In this document: one piece after another, positions 51,611 to 63,869 of the stretch
Layout of the letters: every line of letters begins with the position of its first letter
Position numbering within the stretch: position 1 is the stretch's first letter
Origin: Magallana gigas
Taxonomy: Eukaryota
Direction: 5' to 3'
Assembly: GCF_963853765.1 (NCBI RefSeq)
Contig: NC_088857.1
Location: 49,414,001 to 49,478,000 of the forward strand
Length of the DNA stretch: 64,000 nucleotides
Program-made: the position numbers and the translations under genes
Notes under the pieces: generated by a model
What the model was told of the DNA's origin: nothing
What the model saw: only the letters and a program-made list of their open reading frames with translations
Databases searched by the model: none

Positions 51611-54600
51611 TTATTTGGAACACATGCTGACAAAGAGAAGAATTCCTGAAATGACGTAGAGACATCCACTAGCGGTGGTGAGTGCGAAGGCCCATTGTAA
51701 GTAATCCGTGTCTACTTTCGAGCCGTAAATGATGACGCCCAACATAATAACACCACCTGTGATAAAAAAAAATTAGGGCGATAAGAAAAAACAAAACTTT
51801 ATCATGATATGACTGATTAACCTGATGCATCAATTGAATGCCTTACCTGTTCCCAGAGTAAGGATGGCCGTTAGAAAGGCGACTATTTTATTCCCCGATG
51901 TTTTGGACACACACGTGTACAGAACAAGGAAGAGGAGTCCGACGATCGCAGCAATCAGACCGATGGCTTCGAACACTCTCGTAGACTCGAACCAATCCGG
52001 AACTAAAACAAAAGAACCAAACAGTATTATCTGCGTTGTAAGAGTGGTTATATAGAATTTTACTATATGGAATCCAGTTTGTAAGTACGTATTATACGCG
52101 GGGTGGCCTGGTGGATGACGGATTTTGGTATTATTTCAGATAATGCCCGTGTTTGTCAGAAAAAGATTATAGGCTTTATTTTTTGATAAAGTAGATTTCC
52201 TCTGCCATAAGTGACGCTTGACATCAGTAGAATGTGATTTGAGGGGACGATAATGAAAACCAACAGCCTGTCGTGGGGGTGGGGTGGCTGGTCAAGGCGG
52301 CGGCTAAATCCCCCCCCCCCCCCTCTCGAATTGATGAAGGTTTGTAAAGGGTTTTTTAATATTAATTCATCACGTGACGTCGCTGGTCTTCTGCCATCTG
52401 TTACGGTTGTACTACAGAGCTCTTAAGGCGGCAATGGATGGAGATGTTTCTGGATCGATCGTTCGGGAACATTCCTGCTGCTTGGCTGCTTACCGAGAGC
52501 TTAATTGCTGACAAACACAAAGTGCATACTCCCGGAATTGAATCTCTTCAAAACGACATCACTCTTTTTATCTTATGGGAATTAGGTCACAAATATATTC
52601 ATTTGATCCAAACTCTTGGCAAACAAAGACTTCGATTAAACATTTTGACTCCGGTAGAGCTTCGATTACCTTGGGATTCATGCATGAACACTTGTTGAAA
52701 GGAAAACACATCGATATGTTTGATCTTATTTTGAAGTATACATGTACACAAAAAGGATAAATATTTCATTAAATTCTGTGAGTATAATACATACTGGCGG
52801 GGGTGTACGACGATATAGTTATAAGATGCGGATCCGTAATTATACCCGCCAACCCTGTATAACTGGGAAATGTGGGTATAAGCTGATTTAAGACCTGAGT
52901 TCGTAGATGTTACATGTATATTAATAAAGTTTAACTAAGCAAAGTCCATGGTCGGTAATACACAATGAGAATACATGTCAATGCCCAACATAGCTTGGCG
53001 CGACTTTCCCTCGTCGATCCCAATATCCGGCTCATGCTTAACAGCCATATAACGGACATCCGTGAATATTCCTTGTCCTGAGCATACTCTCTCCCTACTA
53101 GGCTCAACTTTGCTCATACTTACTAAAAGGTTACTTGCAGGCTAAGGATGTGTAGAGACCTTGAATCAAGAATGGAGGTCAAATGTCAAGGTGAGACCTG
53201 TGGTAAAATCCTTGTCCGCATTTTACTTCTCCAGTAGCATGCTTGTTAAATAAAGATTGTGCAATTATGTGAATAGATTTCTAAGTCTGAGGTTTGCGCC
53301 TTACATGCTTTCTGTCCAAATGCCCTTTTAATATTAAGCTGCACGGGCCTCTTCCAATGGTCACCATCTCATGTCTTTAAACCATTATATATCGTTCAAG
53401 CCAAAGCAGTTGGTCTTTTATGACCTTTAATCCAATTTAATTTTATGGACCAAGATCACTTGGATTTTGAATTCATCAAAGTTTTCCACCAATTAATAAT
53501 TCATGGAAGTATGTGTCCAGTACATGTATACTGCAGAAACTTGGCTTCTGTCACACTTACAATTATAAGGTTATTTTAGTTTCTACATCACTATTAAAAG
53601 ACTTAGTCAATGCTAGCCTGAAGTATATATTTTTAGTTTGTTCATATATATTTGAGAATTTAAAAGCATGTTAAAACAGTCAACTAATCGTGTTGTCAGA
53701 CAACGACGTAATTAGTTTCTGTACGTGGGGGCGGGGTGGGGTGAATCTATAACTTATAACTTAGAGTTCTCTCATTTATATTCCAATTTTTACATACTCC
53801 CAAAAAAGTGGGGGGGGGGGGGGGCAACTCCAGGATAATTAAATTTTTACTATGTAAATCTAAGAAAATAATTCGGTGCGAGAAAAAGGGGGGGGGGGGC
53901 AGGCCCCCCTCCCCCCCCCCCCGATGCTACGTGCCTGATACACATGTAGAATACACATGTAGATTGTTGATTTCTGTGGATCCGTCCGCCACTGGTTATT
54001 TCTCTCTTGGTTCCAACTGTACACGCATTTTCCGTAGTCAGTGTCCCCCCAAAACAATTTAGTTCTGTCACATGTTTGTTGTCATACAAGTATTAAACGT
54101 CAGATCTATTCATTAAGGGCTTGATCTTAACCGACACGATTATCACGAACACAGGAAACCCCATACTTGTGTGTGGACACCTTAGAACAATGAAGACTGC
54201 CATCAAGTAGCTATAGAATATTTCTAGATCTCTTAAATTAACATAAATATTTCGCAGAAGGATTTTTCCGTAATTAGGTTAGGAAAGACTTGTTATCTGT
54301 ACTAGGAGCACACCCATCCCGCGGGGTTACGAAGCGGCCATATACATATCGACAGATTAAACCCATTAAAGGTTCAACCAAAATCAAGGTAAATATGTAA
54401 CGAAAACGAAATAAAATTCTTGTTCTACCCCTCCCATCGACCTTGCGCGGAGGCGATATGTTTCAACGCGTGAGCCTGCAGGTAACGCGAGCTGAAAACA
54501 ATAAACAAACGAATGTCGAGGCCGCCGCCTCTAACATTCCTCACATTCCTTGCATCTTTTTTTTTAAATTAGAAAAGTAAGAGTCGCTGAACATTAAAGC

Positions 54601-55059
54601 ATTAAATGATCTTGCAATTTAATTTAATTTTCATTAAATTCTTAAAAAATTGTCAGTTTCTAAGTTAGTTGATCCACCACGTTTCAAGTCCACATGGTAA
54701 AATTATTGATCTTCCTTTATGTAAAAAATATGAATTTTTAGCAAAAATTTCCGCTATGATGTTAAGATGAAAATTTGAGCAAGTTTTTGCGGAAAGATTT
54801 GGATTTGGAAAAAAAAATGATCAGGGCAATACTAGTACGTACGATAGGAGTCTTTTCCCACTTCATCCAAATCCGTGAAGTAGCTGCAGCCATCCAGTCC
54901 AAGAAAGAGCCCACAACTTTGCCAGAGGCCGCTGTTTCCTCCCAGGGGATAATCCCTCCAATAAGGGGCACCGAACCCCACCAAAAACACCACAAAGGCG
55001 ATTATTATGAAAACAGTCGCTACTTTCGTAGCGGCTGGGGCGTTTCCAAGTTCGACCAT
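51611..55059 (-). CDS. Claudin/PMP22/EMP-family tetraspan membrane protein, 172 aa
   Basis: Exons 55059-54843, 52002-51847, 51756-51611, in phase. MVELGNAPAATKVATVFIIIAFVVFLVGFGAPYW...NSGLWQSC...C...LPDWFESTRVF...YLQWAFALTTASGCLYVISGILLFVSMCSK*. W-GLW-C-C first loop and four hydrophobic segments. Confidence 0.9.
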
Positions 55060-55481
55060 TTCACTCCGTATACTACCAATATCCAAGTGAGCTCTAGATG
55101 GCGAGTTGCATGTACAGCGGGGCCGCGTGGGTGTGTGTGATTAAGACACTCGTTCACTGCGTTTAGACTAGGGTTAAAAAGAATATTACAGTGGGATAGG
55201 TAAAACAGTTTTATAGCAAGAAATGACAAATTGTCATAATACTGAGCTATATTACATGATGATGGGAAACACAGCCCGTCATTAGTGCGTTGCTCGAGAG
55301 TGTGTCATATTCACCATTCAACAATTGTTTATTCTTAGATTCCCCTCTTTGATATTGGCTGATTAAGTCGTATTTTGTGCCAAAATTGCGTTGTAAAATT
55401 TGAAAGTTAGATTCGATCCGAAGATTGATATCTTTATTATGCAAATGCGGCATATTTCATTCAACTGCGTTTTCACATTGT

Positions 55482-55485
<4 letters not shown>

Positions 55486-55530
<45 letters not shown>
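55486..55530. repeat. (GA)n microsatellite
   Basis: About 22 perfect units. Confidence 0.95.
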
Positions 55531-55532
<2 letters not shown>

Positions 55533-55783
55533 ATTTATTCGTAATCCGTAAACACTGTAAACGCCGAGAAGGGCGTTTCCGTTCTAGTGTAGTGGTTAAC
55601 AAGGAAACATAACTGTCGAATGTATTGCTTATATATCATACTGAGCAAAAACCACTGAGTATTTTTATTATGGTTCACATCACATTACATACAGCAGACG
55701 GCAATCAAGTAACCAATGACCACTTAAAATGTATTCACCAATCCCCCCTCCCCTCGAAAAACGATTCTTTTCTTTTTTCAAAT

Positions 55784-55814
<31 letters not shown>

Positions 55815-56388
55815 AATAACATGTCCGTAGCCATGATTATGCCCGGAGTACAGGTGCTTGGAGACAGGACCGATCCCACTTTCTATTCCCTACTTCCAAG
55901 TGTCTAGATTTCCGTGACTTTACTACTTTTTTTGAATTATGATGGATCGTCTCTAAACCTTGTAGGTGAAAATTGTCCCAATTTTAACAGTAAATGTTTT
56001 TTCATGGGCATTTCATGCAGACATTCAGTGAAGGGAATTATCAGGCCAGACAAGTGGTCAGTATTTTTACTGGTAGTTGTAGTTGGATAGTACATTTTAA
56101 CAAATATCCATCTGCAACGTGCCTCAGCTGGCGGACGAGGTTGGCAACCTTGTTCTATTATATAAAGCGGGGGTCTGATTTTTTTAAAAAGTTTGTTTTA
56201 AGTAAGTTTGGGTAATGTATGTATAAATTAGTTAAAATGTCATAATAGGATAATTTAATAAAAAAGAAAAGAGTAAAGTCCTGGGATCTAGATACTTGGG
56301 GGTGGGGGGGGGGGGGTGGAAAGGGGTGGGTGGTCGGTCCTGTCCTCATGCAAATTTTACGAAACCAGTGAGATTTTTCTGTATATTT

Positions 56389-56561
56389 CATGCGCGGATC
56401 TAGAGGAGGGGGGTTAGGGGGTCCCCCTCCCTTCAATTTTCTTTAAATTTACATTATAAAATTACAAAAAATATGCCGCGGACCCCCCCCCCCCCGAAAA
56501 ACTCAAATAACTGTCGGACCACCCCCTCCCCGGCGGGTATTTTTTTGGGGATCCGCGCATG
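56389..56561. mobile_element. Short GC-rich MITE with CATGCGCGGATC/GATCCGCGCATG TIRs
   Basis: Perfect 12-bp TIRs and internal poly-G/poly-C runs. Confidence 0.7.
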
Positions 56562-57283
56562 TATTTCATGAATTTGCCAAGCACTTTTTCGTATATTTTA
56601 GCACGATTTGATATTTCTATTTAATCAAAGTCAAAAAATGCGTCAGCAGAAATATTTGGAGAGAGAGAGAGAGAGAATTTGTAGTGGTCCCGTTTTTCTG
56701 ACATATACGGGTTTACAAAGCGAGAGACTTTCCGCGGTAATGAAATTTCTCTACCAAAAAAAAAATTCCCTGCATAATAAACTCTTATTTTAGCTCCTGG
56801 GCTAGCATTTCCATCAGAAACGCGTGGCAGGTGATCAAAATAATGCGCAGTACCGAATCAGTAATTTACTCCGACCTTGGATTTACTGCGTAATCAAAAG
56901 ATAAAAGGAATTTCTTACCAGCAGACTGACTCGGGGTTAGTAATGGAGACACGACTTATCCTACTCTACACGTGACTCATTACACTCATGAATGTACATG
57001 TAAAGTGGGGTCAAGTGATCTATAATTAAATGCATGCTCACATGGTGTATCATACAAGTGGGATAATGCGCATTTATTGTATGGATGATGCAACAGACGA
57101 CAGTATTTCTGACGTAAAAAATTATGGAAAATCAGACGTTCTTTTTTAAAACTTTCTAGAAGAATCTTTGAAGATGCCGAGCATGTATGTAAGATAATCA
57201 GTGAACATCTTGTATGCGGTTATAAGATTACATAAACTACACAGATCTATATTTGTTTGTAACGATTTTATTTTTATGATACC

Positions 57284-60200
57284 TCAATGAAACAGTTTAG
57301 AGGCTATGGATAGTCCAACAACCAATGCAAGGGTCGAACTGATTGGTTGCCATGGAAACGTAGCGCCATTACAATTATCCGTGTCACAGATACATTCTAG
57401 CAGATCGCGGGACTCGGTACAAGTGTCACGGGTGAAGTTTCCAAAGAGTTTGGTGTGGTTGTGGTAGGTATTGTTATAGCAGCTTCTGACTACCAGGTTA
57501 CCTATAAATAGAAATTAAAATGGAAAAAAGTTAATCCTTCGCAACACGCAATATTGGTTACTGAAGGATCCACCTTAAATTTTATATATATATAAACTTT
57601 TACGCTGTAAACTGTTATTGAGTAAAAAAAAAAATATAGTTAAGCTTTGGAATTTGACTTCTCTTTCTATATTTTTATGCAGAGCTCTCCTTTAAAATTT
57701 AAGATCAATATGGTCTAGACAGGCCACGACCATGCAGCCCTGTGAATCCATATATCGGCAATACGTTACAAACGCCAAATGATTACAGGCATATGTCTGT
57801 CGTCAGCAGTTCAATTCAATTTATTATCCTTGAGCTTTACAACTCATCGGAATACAAATTATAATACATATAAAACAAGATATCTGTGAGCCAATGCTCA
57901 CTAGTGATACCCCCGCTCTTATGTGAATATGCAAAATAAGCAAAGTCGACATTTAACAGAAAGCTGGCATCCGATTGGTACAGAAATATATCCCACAATA
58001 TAGCATGCCTAAACAAATAGTGTGTTAAAATTTCAAGCATCTGCGATAAACAGTTGCTGAGAAATCTTTGAGGAAAATTTGTTTGAAAATTTTGGCTAAA
58101 ATAAACAAAGTACTCATTTAACAGGAAGTTGACGTCCGATTGGTACAAAAATATATCCCACGATACGGCATGCCTTAACAAACACTGTGTAAAAATTTCA
58201 AGCATCTGCGATAAATAGCTGCTGAGAAATCTTTGACGAAAATTTGTTTGAAAATTTTGGCAAAAAATAAACAAAGTCATCATTTCACAGGAAGTTTGAC
58301 GTCTGATTAATACAAAAATATATCCCACAATATGGCATGCCTATACAAATAGTGTGTTAAAATTTCAAGCATCTGCGATAAATAGTTGCTGAGAAATCTT
58401 TGACGGAAATTTGTTTGAAAATTTTGGCTAAAAATAAACAAAGTCATCATTTAACAGGAAGTTGACGCCGATTGGTACGAAAATATATCCCACGATATGG
58501 CATGCCTATACAAATATTGTGTATAAATTTCAAACATCTGCAATAAATATTTGCTGAGAAATCTTTGACGAAAATTTGTTTGAAAATTTTGGTTAAAAAA
58601 TAAGCAAAGTCGTCATTTAACAGGAAGTTGACGTCTGATTGGTACAAAAATATATCCCACGATATGGCATGCCTATACAAATACTGTGTAAAAATTTCAA
58701 GCATCTGCGATAAACAGTTGCTGAGATTTCTTTGACGAAAATTTGTTTGAAAATTTTGGTTAAAAAATAAGCAAAGTCGTCATTTAACAGGAAGTTGGCG
58801 TCAGATTGGTACAAAAATATATCCCACAATATGGCATGCCTTAACAAACACTGTGTTAAAATTTCAAGCATCTGCAATAAATAGTTGCTGAGATAAATGC
58901 GACAGAAATTTTTGTTACGGACGGACAGACAGACGGACAGACAGACAGACGGACGGATGGACGGACGGACAGACAGACACACATAAGGGTAAAACAGTAT
59001 ACCCCCTTTCCTTCGGAGCGGGGGTATAATTATATACAAATGTGCAATGTGCAGTAAGTGAGTGGACATATTAAGACAATATAATCATGTACATATCTTA
59101 AGATATGAATGGACATAAATGTATGATAAGTAGCTTAAACTGTAGTATTATTACAATGCTGCGCTCTCATTTTGGAAGCGCTAGACAAATATTTTCCTAA
59201 ATTATTGAGTTCCTTTGTATTGTTAACACTTAAAAGTTAAGCTAGCTTAAAAACACTTGGTTTTTTGTAATAAAAACTGTCGTCAGCAGACTATTATATG
59301 TGTCTGTTTGGGAGGTTAACTGTTGAAATTGACACCCCGAAAAAAACTATTGACAAGCGACGCGAAGCGGAGGTTGACAATGGTTTTCGAGGGGTGTCAA
59401 TTTACGCGAATGTAACAATTCGTTGTGTTACCCGTTGCCAAGTGTGTTGCTAACGCTGAGGGTAATAGGACGGATAACCAACTGCGTCTAAATCAATCAG
59501 ATTTCAGTATTTAACATGAAAGTATAATAAGACAATATGGCATACCGTAGAATTGGTCCTCTATGACGGCCTTTCTGCAGCCTATACCGTTAGAAGCACA
59601 CGCCTTGCTGAAGTCCCCGCTCAGTGTTTCACCACATGCCGTGTCCGCGTTAGAGTTACAGACGTGGCATGATATTGCAATGGCTGGAATATAAAACAAG
59701 TACATGATATTTCAGTTTCAAGAAGACATTACTGTATTGCAAAGGCTGGAAGAACATTACATAAAATTGCAATGACTTGGAAAAGTTAAAAACTATTTGA
59801 AATTGCAATGGCTGAAAAGGTACATGCTATAAAAGCAGTACGTGAAATGTAATGACTGATTGGTAGGAAAGATTTTTTTTAATGGAACTAGATTAGGATT
59901 TTCATGATTTTGGAATTTGGGAATTAGGTTTTTTTCTCTCAAAATTTCTGAGGATCAGTCTAGCCCCCCACTTTCAATTTGCTTCCGACGCCAGTGATAG
60001 CTGGGAGAGACGATCTTATAGTTACTTGCAAAGACTCACATACTATTGAAACGGACGGGAAAACATTATATGATTTTGCAAGGACTGTGTAAGACGATAT
60101 TATATAAATAGTGCCTGTTTGGGAGGGTAACAGTTGAAATTGAAACCCCGAGAGAACCATTGTCAACCGACGCGAAGCGGAGGTTGACAATGGTTTTCGA

Positions 60201-61660
60201 GGGGTGTCAATTTCAACTGTTATCCTCCCACACAAGCGCTAATTAATTTTTTATACTGAATGTCTTAATTTTAGAGAAATTTTTACTGCTTTTGAATAGA
60301 AATGACGTGAATTCTACGGGGAACTGTACGCGCATACTTTATGCGCATGAAGCAATTCGTTGTGTTACCCGTTGCCAAGTGTGTTGCTAACGCTGAGGGT
60401 AATAGTATATAAATAGTGCCTGTTTGGGAGGGTAACAGTTGAAATTGACACCCCGAGAAAACCATTGTCAACCGACGCGAAGCCGTATCGTGGGATATAT
60501 TTTTACTGCTTTTATATAGGAATAACGTGAACTCTACAGCGAACCGTACGCGCATAATTTTCGCGCATGTAACATTTTTTAATGTTACCCGTTGCCAAGT
60601 GCGTTGCTTACGCTGAGGGTAATAGTAAATATTATTAACTGCGTCTTAACCAATCAGATTTCAGTATTTAACATGAAAGTATAACAAAACAAATTATCAA
60701 CTGCGTCTAAACCAATCAGATTTCAGTATTTAACATGAAAGTATATTATATTTTTATAATTAAATTATATTTATAATTTTTATATATTTCTTTTTATTAA
60801 TATAGTATATTAATTATCAACTGCGTCTAAACCAATCAGAATTCAGTATTTAACATAAAAGTATAATAAATTTACATGATATTGCAGTAAAGGGGGGGGG
60901 GGGGGGTATTGTCTATATTTTGTGGGGGGGAAATCGCGCGAGAGTGAAAAGTCTTTGCTACATAAATAAGTTAGAACACAAGATTACAATACAATAACAT
61001 TGACGCCATGTTGACAGAAACTTAAACACTGGATAGAAATAACTGATCAGGAATTAGGCCTACAGGTCAAACTATTAATAATGTGTTTATATTGACAGGT
61101 TGAAGAAAGTGGCGAAAAAAGCACACGGATCGAGATAATAAAAAATACAAACAAATCACAGGAGTCGCAGGAATCTTATCAAGGATAACTTAAGTCAAAT
61201 AAGTAAACAACTAGCCATGAGCTTCGCTCACTTTTAAAGGTAAAAACCTAGCCATGAGCTTCGCTCACTCAAGTGAAAACCTTGCAATGAGCTGTCGCTT
61301 CGTGAGTAGGTTTTTACTTAATTTACTTTTAATAATACATGTAAAAAAAAATTATTGATAAGATTGCCGACTCATGTGAAAAAATGGACAATTCGTACAC
61401 GTATTTTAAATTGATAGGGTGAAGAGAAGCTACATGTCAAATTTTCACAAATTGATTGTTTGAATTAGCTCTCCATCTTCGCAAGTACATGTACTAACAA
61501 CGAAAGCCACCCCTTTCATATTCATATAATGAATTAAAATGAATGAACTTAAATTATACGTATTTTAAAAGGGTCACTTACTACCAGTAATAAGGCAGAA
61601 TATCACGCAAAAGGTGGGTAAGCACAAGGATAAAATTCGCGCTGCCTCTACTCTCCACAT
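57284..61660 (-). CDS. Ly6/uPAR (three-finger; quiver/sleepless-like) secreted or GPI-anchored protein, 144 aa
   Basis: Phase-1 exons 61660-61582 (signal peptide MWRVEAARILSLCLPTFCVIFCLITG), 59683-59546 (ISCHVCNSNADTAC...AC...GCRK) and 57501-57284 (VRSCY...TC...ECICDTDNCN plus a hydrophobic GPI-type tail). Ten cysteines in LU-domain spacing. Confidence 0.87.
57876..59027 (-). mobile_element. Second non-autonomous Helentron with about 6 Cg170-like 166-bp units, in Ly6 intron 2
   Basis: Reverse-complement match to 38536-39671: same subTIRs, (GACA/GACG)n tract, stem-loop and units spaced 165-167 bp. Confidence 0.85.
59290..59527. mobile_element. Hairpin-headed repeat, internally deleted copy
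   Basis: Head GTTGAAATTGACACCCCGA...CGCGAAGCG...TCGAGGGGTGTCAATTT, and tail GTTACCCGTTGCCAAGTGTGTTGCTAACGCTGAGGGTAATAG...CAATCAGATTTCAGTATTTAACATGAAAGTATA, shared with 60095-60870. Confidence 0.7.
60095..60870. mobile_element. Two tandem copies of the same hairpin-headed repeat plus triplicated 3' module, in Ly6 intron 1
   Basis: Heads at about 60100 and 60410. The module AACTGCGTCTAAACCAATCAGATTTCAGTATTTAACATGAAAGTATA occurs 3 times between about 60635 and 60870. Confidence 0.7.
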
Positions 61661-61674
61661 GGTTGCTCATTCAG

Positions 61675-61682
61675 TGACGTCA
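61675..61682. promoter_or_regulatory. CRE palindrome TGACGTCA about 15 nt upstream of the Ly6 ATG
   Basis: The motif is seen directly; function is inferred only. Confidence 0.25.
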
Positions 61683-61969
61683 CAGGTGTAGCCACATTTT
61701 ATAATGCTAGTGGTTTAGACCGGACCGGGAGTATTGTGCGACAGTCCCCATCAAGCATTTGAAGGTATGAAGAATCGGGGCGGGGGGGGGGGGGGCTCTT
61801 ACTTTTTCTCGCGGCAGTTTTCTGAAATTGACAAATAGAAATTTGATTTTGAAGGAACTGCCCTCTTACTTTTAAAAATGTAATTTAACGGTATGAAAAA
61901 TATAATTTTTTTTTGGAAAATCTAAATATATTTGTATTTTTAGATTTATTTTCAGACAGATATACTTAG

Positions 61970-63030
61970 ATTATCATTCGTAAACTAAAGTTTACAAACG
62001 TAAATTATGGTTTTGCTGATGTAAACTATAGTGAACGGATCGTTATTTATAGTTTTCGAATCGTTAACTATAGTTTACGGTTCGTAAACTATAGTTAACA
62101 ATGAACTATTGTTAACTATAGTTTAGCGTTCTTAAAGTTAACAGTCGATAAACCTGGTTTATCATCTGTGAAACTTTATTTCATGCCGTAAATCTATATT
62201 CTACATCTGTAAACCATAGTTAACGCAATCATTTATTTTTCAGAAGTGTAAAACCATAATCAACACTGAAAACAACCATTTGCGATTACATAACATAATT
62301 AATCTGATAAATTTCACGATTGTGAAACTATGATTAACAATTCTCAAATATACAGTACCGATCAGACCCAACCTAACAGAAAGTAAACCCCAACTAAACC
62401 CGAGGTTTACTTTCTGAGTTTACTCTGGGTTTTTGGGTTTACTAGAGTGGACCCAGAGTAAACCCACAGTGGACACAGAAAGTAAATCCAGTCAGAAGTA
62501 TACCCCTGAAAGCAGACGCTAACTGTGTATTCGGAATATACAAAGGGTAGGAATTACAGGCAGTAGGATGGTAAGATAAAATACTAGTCTGCTTCACACT
62601 TCAGTGCATACAGTTGACCTCAAAAGCAATTTCAAAAACCCCAAGTAAACCCAGAGTAAACCCAAAGTAAACTCCGAATGGACCCAAATTTTCAAAAAGT
62701 AAACCCAGAGTAAGCCCCAAGTCAACCCAAAAAGTAAACCCAGGGTTTAGTTGGGGTTTACTATGGTGTTAGGTTGGGTCTGATCGGTACTGTGGTTAAC
62801 GAAGGTAAATAGTAGTTTACAGATGTGAATATATCTTTATCAGCAAAATCTATCGTTAACGTTAATTGCAGACGGATAAACTAAGATTATCATTCGTAAA
62901 CTATAGTTTACAACCGTTAAAAATAGTTTTACGGATGAAAACTATAGTTAACGAATCGTAAACTATGGTTTGAAGTTCGTAAACTATAGTTAATAGTCGA
63001 TAAACCTATAATTTATCGAATGGGAAACTA
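61970..63030. repeat. Degenerate array of the palindromic unit GTAAACTATAGTTTAC, split by a MITE
   Basis: Many variants (GTAAACTATAGTTAAC, TTAACTATAGTTTAC) occur on both sides of 62352-62793. Confidence 0.7.
62352..62793. mobile_element. 442-bp MITE with perfect 27-bp TIRs and internal AGTAAACCC repeats
   Basis: ACAGTACCGATCAGACCCAACCTAACA and TGTTAGGTTGGGTCTGATCGGTACTGT. CAGT start after TA on the left is Tc1/mariner-like; the right flank is TG. Confidence 0.8.
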
Positions 63031-63363
63031 TGTTTTAGCTCATTTTTGTGAATTTGGCGTGTCATACATGGGCCACATCGCTCATCAGAGCTACGTTAGC
63101 CATCATAAAATCAGCTTTATGGAGTCATATACAAATTATCTAGGCAGTGTAATAGAATAGACCATGTATAAAACTATTTTCTCCAGATATTCCTATGTCA
63201 GACATTAAGCTCCTTTTGTAACAGGATGATTTTTATAGCCATGTCACATATTAACCATTGCAGTGCTCAATATAAACCCAAATAAAAGCTTTTGTGCGTC
63301 CCAAGAATTGGGCCCATTCTAAACAATTAAGAATCAACACTATGTAGAAATGCTTGCATATAT

Positions 63364-63501
63364 NNNNNNNNNNNNNNNNNNNNNNNNNNNNNNNNNNNNN
63401 NNNNNNNNNNNNNNNNNNNNNNNNNNNNNNNNNNNNNNNNNNNNNNNNNNNNNNNNNNNNNNNNNNNNNNNNNNNNNNNNNNNNNNNNNNNNNNNNNNNN
63501 N
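63364..63501. other. Assembly gap (N run)
   Basis: 138 N characters. Confidence 0.99.
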
Positions 63502-63637
63502 GACACGAACAATAGAAATTGTCAAATTTTCGGGACAACCAGTCCCTTCTTCAGGACCAAAAAATAAAATAAATTTTTTTGGTCCTGAAGAAGGGACTGG
63601 TTGTCCCGAAAATTTGACAATTTCTATTGTTCGTGTC
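63502..63637. mobile_element. Perfect palindrome (63-bp arms) containing a Penelope-type minimal hammerhead-like core
   Basis: Arms 63502-63564 and 63575-63637. The plus strand has CTGAAGA(63585-91)-A-GGGAC-TGGTT-GTCCC-GAAA(63608-11). Confidence 0.5.
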
Positions 63638-63723
63638 GTTAGCCATTTTTAGTGCTTTTTATATTCAGTTTACTGGCTTAGTATCTATATATTAGATCCG
63701 ACACTTTAAAGATGCCTAGTGTT

Positions 63724-63869
63724 NNNNNNNNNNNNNNNNNNNNNNNNNNNNNNNNNNNNNNNNNNNNNNNNNNNNNNNNNNNNNNNNNNNNNNNNNNNNN
63801 NNNNNNNNNNNNNNNNNNNNNNNNNNNNNNNNNNNNNNNNNNNNNNNNNNNNNNNNNNNNNNNNNNNNN
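63724..63869. other. Assembly gap (N run)
   Basis: 146 N characters. Confidence 0.99.

Noticed and set aside
52438-52760. 86-aa and 61-aa plus-strand ORFs inside the claudin intron
   Set aside because: No recognisable motif or splice support, and the frames overlap inconsistently; at most a decayed fragment.
52935-53260. 60-aa minus-strand ORF
   Set aside because: No family motif; the adjacent sequence looks like an internal Helentron-type repeat fragment.
55575-55609. tRNA-Val-like fragment GTTTCCGTTCTAGTGTAGTGGTTAACAAGGAAACA
   Set aside because: It has acceptor-stem-like ends and an A-box-like segment but no anticodon or T arm; only 35 nt, so not a tRNA gene and possibly chance.
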